Origin: a virus
Taxonomy: Duplodnaviria > Caudoviricetes
Length of the DNA stretch: 64,000 nucleotides
Strand: one strand, 5' to 3'
IMG/VR virus record: IMGVR_UViG_3300042566_001028
Span: 14,281-78,280 of that record
In this document: piece after piece, positions 42,209 to 48,990 of the stretch
Position numbering within the stretch: position 1 is the first letter of the stretch
Layout of the letters: each line of letters opens with the position of its first letter
Notes under the pieces: generated by a model
The model's input: the letters and a program-made list of their open reading frames with translations, nothing else
Told to the model about the DNA's origin: nothing
Databases searched by the model: none
Translations under genes and position numbers: made by a program

Positions 42209-43695
42209 TGAAAAAATGTCTAGTAAGTTTAATAGTAATTGTTATATCCCTAACAACATTTAAAGTTGAAGGACAAACCTATACCCAATCATTTATAGAT
42301 AAGTGCACCGGTGAAAGAAAGGTTGCAACCACAACAATGATAAATGGTAGTGCAACTGTTTCTTTTTACAATGAGGTAAGAACATTTTCACCATTAGAAG
42401 TTCAAACAGGACAATTACAAGTTTGGATAAATCAGGTATATTTAAGGTATTCAACATTAGCATGTCCTACAAATATAGTAGTTCAACAAACGGTAACCAA
42501 TGCAGTAGCACAAACGGCATCAAATGCAGCAAGTAGTGCAGCGAGTAATGCAGCATCTGCCGCAGCAAGTAGTGCAGCATCTGCCGCAGCAAAACCACCT
42601 ACTATAAATGTGCCGCCTCCACCTCCGGCAGCATCGGCACCTCCACCACCTGCACCAACGGCATCGGCACCACCTCCTGCAAGTAGTGGTTCATCGGCAC
42701 CTCCACCTGCAAGTGGTAGTTCTTCACAAAGTGGGGGTAGTTCTTCATCATCTTCGTCACAAAGTGGTGGTAGTTCTTCATCATCTGGAGAGAGTTCATC
42801 ATCTAGCAGTAGTTCTTCATCATCATCTGAAACAAAATCGGAGACCAAAACGGAAACAAAGAGTGAATCGAAATCAGAAAGTAAATCTGAAAGTAAGAGT
42901 GAAGAAAAGAAATCCGAAAGTAAGAGTGAAGAAAAGAAAGAAGAGAAAAAATCTGAAGAAAAGAAAGAGGAAAAAAAGGAAGAAAAGAAAGAAGAGAAGA
43001 AGGAGGAAAAGAAAAAAGAAGAAAAGAAAAAAAGTGGTAACTTAAATCCAATGTTAGTATCATCGGATTACTCAGTTGTAGAAAGTGCAGATAGAAAATT
43101 TGGTTCTATATTGGGATTGGGTTGGAGTAGAGCAAGTATGGCGGGTGATGAGATGTTCTCTGCAAACGCAATGATATGGTCTAATTTGAAACAATTTGCA
43201 TTGGGTGGTGGTTATACTAAAATGGAATTTAATGACGGACAATTGGACGCCATACACTCTTACGGAGTAACTGGGGCATACTTAGACGGAAACTATATGG
43301 GGTTATTAGGATATACATGGATTAAACCACATCCTAAATACGGAACATATGGTTATAATATTGGTATGGTAAATTTATTCTTAAAAAATGCAGAGAATAA
43401 ATTTGATTATTCTATCATAACATCAGCGGTTGCATTTTGGACTAAACCGTATCAGTATTCAAAAAAACTTACAATATCACCACAAGTATTTGTAATGTCA
43501 TCACCTTTATCTTACAATTCATCAACGGGTGGAACAACGGTAAATAGACATGCAGGATTTTTAATGGGTTCATCTTTTGACTATAAATTAAGTAAAAGAT
43601 TTGGATTCAGTTTTAACTACAAATTTAATGGTTCTACACAACCAGGAACACCACTATTACATATGTTTTTGGTAGGTAGTAGAATGATGTTATAA
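42208..43695 (+). CDS. secreted protein with Ala/Pro/Ser/Glu-Lys stalk and C-terminal beta-barrel
   Basis: low-complexity tracts; ISPQVF and DYKLSKRF shared with the 36137 ORF. Confidence 0.7.
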   Translation: MKKCLVSLIVIVISLTTFKVEGQTYTQSFIDKCTGERKVATTTMINGSATVSFYNEVRTFSPLEVQTGQLQVWINQVYLRYSTLACPTNIVVQQTVTNAVAQTASNAASSAASNAASAAASSAASAAAKPPTINVPPPPPAASAPPPPAPTASAPPPASSGSSAPPPASGSSSQSGGSSSSSSSQSGGSSSSSGESSSSSSSSSSSSETKSETKTETKSESKSESKSESKSEEKKSESKSEEKKEEKKSEEKKEEKKEEKKEEKKEEKKKEEKKKSGNLNPMLVSSDYSVVESADRKFGSILGLGWSRASMAGDEMFSANAMIWSNLKQFALGGGYTKMEFNDGQLDAIHSYGVTGAYLDGNYMGLLGYTWIKPHPKYGTYGYNIGMVNLFLKNAENKFDYSIITSAVAFWTKPYQYSKKLTISPQVFVMSSPLSYNSSTGGTTVNRHAGFLMGSSFDYKLSKRFGFSFNYKFNGSTQPGTPLLHMFLVGSRMML

Positions 43696-43732
43696 TTGAA
43701 AAATGTTATATTTATCCTAAAGTAAAATCAGG

Positions 43733-44368
43733 ATGAAAAAAGTATTATTGTTAGTTACACTATTAGTTATTAGTGTTACATTATTTGCACAAGATGTAGT
43801 AGTATTAAAACATACAAATTATACATCACATTTCAGTAAGTCAAAAAAATATCCAGTAATGGTAGAGTGGTGGGAAACCAAAGCAAAAGTAGGTTGTCCA
43901 ACTCCATTACCTCGTAAAGATAATTTCAAACCAGACCCATTGTTACCAGTTGAAACTAATATTGGAAACGACTATGTTGGTAGTGGGTATGATAGAGGAC
44001 ATTTGATGCCAGCAAAATCAAATCAATGCCAAACTCAAGCAGTTCAAGATGAGTGTTTCTACTTTTCTAATATGGTAGCACAAACACATAGATTGAATGC
44101 AGGAGATTGGAAATCATTGGAAACCTTAACAAGAGAAATTGCTGCAAGAGAAGATAGTGTTCACATTTGGGCAGGTAATGTTGGTGAGATTAAAAGAATT
44201 GGTAAAGTTGCAGTTCCAAAACAATGTTGGAAAGTTGTATATTCAAAGACATCAAACGAATGGATGTTTTTCTTATTTGAAAACGACTTATCAAATCCAG
44301 ATGGAATAAATAATAATAAAGTTTTAAGAGAAGATATAGAAAAATTAACAGGATTAAAATTTAAGTAA
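43733..44368 (+). CDS. secreted DNA/RNA non-specific endonuclease (NucA/EndoG-like)
   Basis: signal peptide; GYDRGHL, SNMVAQ, LNAGDWKSLE. Confidence 0.92.
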   Translation: MKKVLLLVTLLVISVTLFAQDVVVLKHTNYTSHFSKSKKYPVMVEWWETKAKVGCPTPLPRKDNFKPDPLLPVETNIGNDYVGSGYDRGHLMPAKSNQCQTQAVQDECFYFSNMVAQTHRLNAGDWKSLETLTREIAAREDSVHIWAGNVGEIKRIGKVAVPKQCWKVVYSKTSNEWMFFLFENDLSNPDGINNNKVLREDIEKLTGLKFK

Positions 44369-44370
44369 AG

Positions 44371-44811
44371 ATGTTCGTACCAAACCACTTACACCTATTG
44401 GTAAAAGGGTATATGAAAACCCCACCAAAAACGGAAAAAACCTTAAACATATGGTTTACACAATTAGTACAAAACGTAGGAATGAAAGTGGTAGCAGGGC
44501 CCACATCAGTCTATGTAAAGGAACCAGGTAATGAAGGAATAACCGGAACCGTTACTCTAGCAACCTCACATGCTTCAATTCATGTGTGGGATAATGAAAA
44601 TCCGGCCATGTTTCAATTTGATTTATATAGTTGTTCAAACTTCACACCAATGCAAGTGTTAGACCACATTGACGATTGGTTTGGATTGAATGAAGCACAT
44701 TGGCAATTCATTGATAGAAATGGTAGTGAGTTTTTAATATTAGATTCAGGTCACTATAAAAAAAGTTTGAATAGTAAAATAAAAGATATATTCAAAAAGA
44801 AAAAATTCTAA
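44371..44811 (+). CDS. speD: S-adenosylmethionine decarboxylase proenzyme-like
   Basis: LATSHASIHVW, FDLYSC. Confidence 0.8.
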   Translation: MFVPNHLHLLVKGYMKTPPKTEKTLNIWFTQLVQNVGMKVVAGPTSVYVKEPGNEGITGTVTLATSHASIHVWDNENPAMFQFDLYSCSNFTPMQVLDHIDDWFGLNEAHWQFIDRNGSEFLILDSGHYKKSLNSKIKDIFKKKKF

Positions 44812-45465
44812 ATGAGTTATTTAGTAGCAAACATCCCACCAATAGAAGTTTATGTAGATAAAAGATTTCTATATGATTTTCAAAAAGATGAGATGGGTAA
44901 TTATTTGGGTGATGGTGAATGGGAAAGAGGTCATTGGGTTAGTGTAAAATCAATTCCAAATCGTGCACTATTATTTGAAACTTATATTGACAAGTTTGGT
45001 GCAGTATATGACAAATTACCTATACATGCATTCCGTTGGAGACCATTAGAAACGACAGATAAGGTGTTTCCTTTGGATTTCTTACAACTTTGGGATTGTT
45101 TATCATATAACATATCAGTCATTGAAAAAAGGGTATTAAGGGGTGTTAAAACCTATACTACAATGAAAGACCATTCAGTAGTAGAGGGTGATTATCTTTT
45201 TACAATTGATACATCACATTCTGACCCAAATGAAATTGATTGTGGGTGGAGTGAAACACCAAATGAACATAAATGTTATAATGTGTCTAAATTGGAAAAT
45301 GGCCAACTATGTGCACAACCAAATAATAGGACTAGATTTTATCAACCTAGTAGAACTAATGGTGTTTCTTTAATACCTTATTTTAGATATTCTACAAAAG
45401 TGTGGAAATGTGAGGATTTTGGAAAGTGGAGACCATCCGATACAAATTGGGATTACACAGAATAG
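44812..45465 (+). CDS. conserved phage hypothetical protein
   Basis: YLVANIPP, GAVYDKLPIHAF, LQLWDC, AQPNNR. Confidence 0.7.
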   Translation: MSYLVANIPPIEVYVDKRFLYDFQKDEMGNYLGDGEWERGHWVSVKSIPNRALLFETYIDKFGAVYDKLPIHAFRWRPLETTDKVFPLDFLQLWDCLSYNISVIEKRVLRGVKTYTTMKDHSVVEGDYLFTIDTSHSDPNEIDCGWSETPNEHKCYNVSKLENGQLCAQPNNRTRFYQPSRTNGVSLIPYFRYSTKVWKCEDFGKWRPSDTNWDYTE

Positions 45466-45505
45466 TAATATATAACTTGTTGATTACTAACAATTTATAA
45501 GTTTA

Positions 45506-45537
45506 TTTGGTAATTCGGGATATTTATCGTATATTTG
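45506..45537 (+). promoter_or_regulatory. Bacteroidota sigma70 promoter, full consensus
   Basis: TTTG-N20-TATATTTG. Confidence 0.75.
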
Positions 45538-45591
45538 AGTATATCAAAGAAAAATTGATACTTATTGTTATAACAACAAAATAATTTTAAA

Positions 45592-45783
45592 ATGGAAAAT
45601 CAAAAATATTGTATAATTGATGTAACTTTAGATATCAATAATCACATTGGAGTAGTAGATTTATCTTTAGAAGAAGCACAACAATGGATAATGGACAATC
45701 AAACTCAATTAGAAACTCCAGTAACCATAGGTGAAACAACTTTCCCTGCTCAATTCATATATAAATCATATCCTTTAGTTTAA
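45592..45783 (+). CDS. hypothetical protein
   Basis: ORF between promoter and tmRNA. Confidence 0.55.
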   Translation: MENQKYCIIDVTLDINNHIGVVDLSLEEAQQWIMDNQTQLETPVTIGETTFPAQFIYKSYPLV

Positions 45784-45785
45784 TT

Positions 45786-46149
45786 GGGGATGCTTTGGAA
45801 TTGATTGCTATGTAAATGGTAATATCACATGTAGACAAAGTAAGAATGTCTTTAAATACTTACAAAACAATAACTGACGAAAAGTCAACTATGACTTACA
45901 ACGACTTAATGGCGTTTGTAGGTATGGATTACGCTGTAGCAGCCTAACCAATCCCGCACACATCGTGGGACTTTAAATAGAATGTGAAATTGAGTGGAAA
46001 CTAACTGAACTCAAAATCGAGTTAGAATATTGATTATAATGAAATAATAAAACTTATATATTTGTCAGTTGTGAATAACTGAATAAACATGTGAGATGCT
46101 GATATTATTGATTTCTAGTAAGACACGAGTTCGACTCTCGTCATCTCCA
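45786..46149 (+). ncRNA. ssrA: tmRNA, predicted tag (A)DEKSTMTYNDLMAFVGMDYAVAA
   Basis: GGGGATG/CATCTCC-A acceptor with G3:U, T-arm ACGAGTTCGACTCTCGT, ATAACT-GAC resume site, tag ORF 45876-45947 ending YAVAA. Confidence 0.93.
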
Positions 46150-46209
46150 CAAATTTATTTAAGTATGGTAATCCTACTAACACAACTAGCGGACTTAAAT
46201 AAAAAAATA

Positions 46210-46241
46210 TTTGGTAACTTAAAAAAGTTATCGTATATTAC
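46210..46241 (+). promoter_or_regulatory. promoter for tRNA-fMet
   Basis: TTTGGTAAC...CGTATATTAC. Confidence 0.7.
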
Positions 46242-46250
46242 ATTTAATAT

Positions 46251-46322
46251 CGCAGGATAGAGCAGAGGTAGCTCACGTGGCTCATAACCACAAGGTCGGA
46301 GGTTCGAATCCTTCTCCTGCAA
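46251..46322 (+). tRNA. tRNA-fMet (CAT), initiator type
   Basis: C1:A72 mismatch, CTCATAA loop, GGTTCGAATCC. Confidence 0.9.
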
Positions 46323-46326
46323 CAAA

Positions 46327-46412
46327 TAAGATGATTGGTTGAAGCCATCAAATAATAAAACCGATTGAGTGACCTACCCAGTAGGGAAGAAAGCCGGACA
46401 CCGATTATCTTA
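46327..46412 (+). ncRNA. unidentified structured RNA (~86 nt)
   Basis: 13-bp terminal helix TAAGATGATTGGT/ACCGATTATCTTA, inner CCTAC/GTAGG hairpin. Confidence 0.45.
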
Positions 46413-46430
46413 AAAGTTTTTTGAAATAAA

Positions 46431-46565
46431 TTTGGTAATGTTAAAAATGTTTCGTATATTACATAAGTAAATGAGAAACAATAGGTGATGAAAGATACTC
46501 GTTATTAAATTTACAAAAAAAGTTTTAAATAAATTTGGCAGAATAAAAAATTATTCGTATATTTA
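46431..46565 (+). promoter_or_regulatory. two tandem promoters upstream of the large ncRNA
   Basis: TTTGG..CGTATATT at 46431-46462 and 46534-46565. Confidence 0.65.
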
Positions 46566-46613
46566 TTAAAACCGAAAGAAAGTTCTTTAAAAGATTGAAA
46601 ATATTTTACATAG

Positions 46614-47475
46614 TGAGTTCGTCTCACATAGTAAACAACCGCCGCCTATGGTGGTTAAATAAACTACGAAAGTAGGATAAAGTGGATGTATTAAGTGATA
46701 CATCTGCGGCTACTCTCCCCGTAAGGAGAGACTAGCTTGAGTAGGCAAGTGGGATATCATTCTCGCTAAAGTAGTTGAGGGTAACACTTTAGGCGAATAG
46801 TGGGAATGGTTGGGGTAGTATAGATACTCCGACTGAGTTGGGAACAACAATAAGAATAACCCATAGAATATCAGTAAGAAGTGTAGACTTAATCCCTCTA
46901 CATCATTGCGGTATTCAGTTTCAAAGTTATCTTAACATCAAGCCATCCGAAAGGACGCAAGATAAGATAGTGTACAAGTGGTGTTGTTACCATCCTTATA
47001 TAGAGTTTGCCAAAACCTATATTTGAAGATGACTTAAAAAACCGCAGTAGGGATATTGCATCGGGTAGTTTAGTATTCTCTCGTTCAAAAGATGAGGGAG
47101 CTAGTGGTAAACCACTACCTGAATAATTCTATAAACTAAAACTCAATTTTGAATAGCATTTTCAAAAAATACAATTTAAAAATTAAGCTTAAGTGTTTAC
47201 CAGTTGCAGATGAAAGGTGTGTACATAGTTAAGAGTTGTTCTTAGCCACGATACCTCCGCAAGAGGTCTGTGATTCTACCGAAAGGTTTCTAATTCCGCA
47301 AGAACTAATCAGGCTGCGAGGCTTGAAGAAAATGATTAAGTAGAGAGTAATCGGCAACTTAAAGACTGATAGTCTAAAATCATCCACATTGAATTGGTAC
47401 TACTCAAAAGGTAGTGGAAACGGAAGGAAACAAATAATCTTTCTAAAGCTGGTTCACCAAATAGAGTATTCTCAT
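46614..47475 (+). ncRNA. large structured RNA, GOLLD-like (~860 nt)
   Basis: no credible ORF; elevated GC; roughly 20 hairpins, several with GNRA-type loops; two domains split by an AT-rich linker; adjacent to tRNAs. Confidence 0.7.
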
Positions 47476-47485
47476 CTATTTATAA

Positions 47486-47557
47486 GCGGTTTTAGTGTAA
47501 TAGTAGCACTCCTAGCATTCCAGTTAGGGAGAGGTGGGGCAGAACCATTTTACCGCT
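47486..47557 (+). tRNA. aberrant tRNA-Gly-like gene
   Basis: GCG/CGC acceptor with U73, cloverleaf layout; no D-loop GG, T-loop GGCAGAA, irregular ATTCCA loop. Confidence 0.55.
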
Positions 47558-47656
47558 CAATACGAAGATTTTCGTGGTCTACCTTTTTGGCTGTTTCTTA
47601 CTCAACAGTCGTTTCGTTTAAATTAGACCTAAAAGATAGAACGATATAATAAAATT

Positions 47657-47851
47657 GGAAGTAAGTGTTTTGGGGAGGATTTTGACACTAAAAATGCAAT
47701 CAGAAACGATACACGATTGCCGGATTCGTAGTCGTACACTACAAGAGTTACCGCCTCCTATAAACTCTATTTTTGTGCAAAGTAATTTAATGAGGCTAGT
47801 ATTAACCGGAGCATGACTTGACGTGGCGTATTTTGAAATTGAATTACTTTT
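47657..47851 (+). ncRNA. unidentified multi-stem RNA (~195 nt)
   Basis: AAGTAA/TTACTT closure; AGTGTT/GACACT, GCAATC/GATTGC, GTAGT/ACTAC, GAGTT/AACTC stems; GGAGG/CCTCC loop-loop complementarity. Confidence 0.5.
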
Positions 47852-47886
47852 TAACATTAAACAAAAAAATTAGATATATATTAACA

Positions 47887-47976
47887 ATGAGAACTCTAAC
47901 ACATACACTTTGTAGTCAACCGAATCAGATTTGGATTGGCAATTTCGTGCAGTTAGAGGATACGGATGTAGGATAA
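47887..47976 (+). CDS. putative attenuator leader peptide MRTLTHTLCSQPNQIWIGNFVQLEDTDVG
   Basis: 29-codon ORF overlapping alternative pairing segments, ending ~30 nt before a terminator. Confidence 0.6.
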   Translation: MRTLTHTLCSQPNQIWIGNFVQLEDTDVG

Positions 47977-48002
47977 AATGTAATAATTTTTGAATAATAT
48001 TG

Positions 48003-48036
48003 AAAAACCTCTGACTAAAAAGTTAGGGGTTTTTTT
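48003..48036 (+). terminator. intrinsic terminator (attenuator 3:4 hairpin) directly before the tRNA array
   Basis: CCTCTGACT-AAAA-AGTTAGGGG plus T7. Confidence 0.85.
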
Positions 48037-48041
48037 GTTTT

Positions 48042-48123
48042 GGGAGTATCGCATAGTGGCAATTGCGGCTGACTGTAAATCAGCTCTCTTTCGAGTTCGG
48101 TGGTTCGAGTCCATCTACTCTCA
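48042..48123 (+). tRNA. tRNA-Tyr (GTA)
   Basis: cloverleaf, CTGTAAA loop, long variable arm. Confidence 0.93.
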
Positions 48124-48129
48124 CAAAAT

Positions 48130-48203
48130 TCTCACTTAGCTCAGTTGGTTAGAGCGTCGCACTGTTAATGCGAAAGTCCTAAGTTCAAGTCTTAGAGTGA
48201 GAG
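48130..48203 (+). tRNA. tRNA-Asn (GTT)
   Basis: cloverleaf, CTGTTAA loop, G73. Confidence 0.93.
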
Positions 48204-48212
48204 CAAACAAAA

Positions 48213-48285
48213 GCGGATGTAGCTCAATTGGTAGAGTGCGTTCCTTCCAAGTACGAAGTTGCAGGTTCGAGCCCTGTCATCCGCT
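48213..48285 (+). tRNA. tRNA-Gly (TCC)
   Basis: GCGGATG/CATCCGC-T, CTTCCAA loop. Confidence 0.93.
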
Positions 48286-48290
48286 CAAAC

Positions 48291-48353
48291 GGTTACCAAT
48301 CCGGAACACGCCTGGAAGTTTAGTGTATTAGCACACCAGGAAATGGTGATAAC
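48291..48353 (+). ncRNA. unidentified small structured element within the tRNA array
   Basis: TTACCA/TGGTGA, CCTGG/CCAGG, GTGT/GCAC nested stems. Confidence 0.35.
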
Positions 48354-48365
48354 AAAATTGGAAAT

Positions 48366-48436
48366 TGTTCGGTGGTGTAACGGTAGCACAATTGTTTTTG
48401 GTACAATTAGTTCTGGTTCGAATCCAGCCCGAATAA
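48366..48436 (+). tRNA. tRNA-Gln (TTG)
   Basis: ATTGT-TTTTGGT-ACAAT arm, GGTTCGAATCC. Confidence 0.9.
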
Positions 48437-48441
48437 CATAT

Positions 48442-48510
48442 GCGTGGTAGGCTATGGCAGCCAATTGGTCTCCAAAACCAAAGGAGAGGGTTCAATTCCT
48501 TCACTGCGTG
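48442..48510 (+). tRNA. tRNA-Trp (CCA)
   Basis: TTGGT-CTCCAAA-ACCAA arm, G73; short D arm, G:U-rich acceptor. Confidence 0.82.
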
Positions 48511-48515
48511 CAATT

Positions 48516-48588
48516 AGTTCTATGGTGTAATTGGATAGCACGAAACACTACGGATGTTTTAGTTTGGGTTCGATTCCTAATAGGACTA
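48516..48588 (+). tRNA. tRNA-Arg (ACG)
   Basis: AAACA-CTACGGA-TGTTT arm. Confidence 0.9.
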
Positions 48589-48594
48589 CAATAT

Positions 48595-48664
48595 GGTCAG
48601 TTTGGTCGTGGAGGCCGGTGGGACTGCAAATCTTACGGAGTTGGTTCGATTCCAACATTGACCT
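48595..48664 (+). tRNA. tRNA-Cys (GCA)
   Basis: CTGCAAA loop, U73. Confidence 0.88.
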
Positions 48665-48669
48665 CAAAT

Positions 48670-48744
48670 GGTGTTTGAAGCATTAAGGTGATGCGTCGGT
48701 TTGTGGAGCCGGATAAGACGGGTCGGTACCGTCCTTACACCCCA
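48670..48744 (+). tRNA. tRNA-His (GTG)
   Basis: G-1 with C73 and encoded CCA, TTGTGGA loop; atypical T-loop GTCGGTA. Confidence 0.82.
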
Positions 48745-48746
48745 AC

Positions 48747-48820
48747 ACCCGTATGGCGGAATTGGCATACGCAGTGGTCTTAGAAGCCATAAGTTACAGG
48801 TTCGACTCCTGTTACGGGTA
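48747..48820 (+). tRNA. tRNA-Leu (TAG) with short variable loop
   Basis: GCGGAATTGGCATACGC D arm, CTTAGAA loop, A73. Confidence 0.88.
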
Positions 48821-48826
48821 CAAATG

Positions 48827-48858
48827 TTTGGTAAAGTAAATTATTATTCGTATATTTA
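48827..48858 (+). promoter_or_regulatory. promoter for the second tRNA block
   Basis: TTTGGTAA...CGTATATTTA. Confidence 0.7.
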
Positions 48859-48863
48859 ATTTA

Positions 48864-48987
48864 TAAGGTTGATTGGGAACAAAAGTAGCCCGCTAAAACG
48901 AGTTAGTGAAAATCTAATACGCTACTACCGGTTAGTAAAGCCAATCATAAAAGTAATCGTCCACGCACCCATCTTTTACTTTCCTTA
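48864..48987 (+). ncRNA. unidentified structured RNA (~125 nt) heading the second tRNA block
   Basis: TAAGG/CCTTA, TGATTGG/CCAATCA, AGTAGC/GCTACT, AAAGTAA/TTACTTT stems. Confidence 0.5.
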
Positions 48988-48990
48988 AAT

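Noticed and set aside
42483-43063. Alternative-frame His/Arg-rich and reverse-strand ORFs
   Set aside because: They are by-products of the low-complexity tract in the 42208 gene.
46327-46412. RNase P RNA or hammerhead ribozyme
   Set aside because: Only a partial GAAGAAAGCCGG resemblance; there is no 3' P4 strand or full-length body, and no canonical CUGANGA core with three stems.
46614-47475. rRNA fragment or group I/II intron
   Set aside because: No universal rRNA motifs, no interrupted host gene and no recognisable intron catalytic core or ends.
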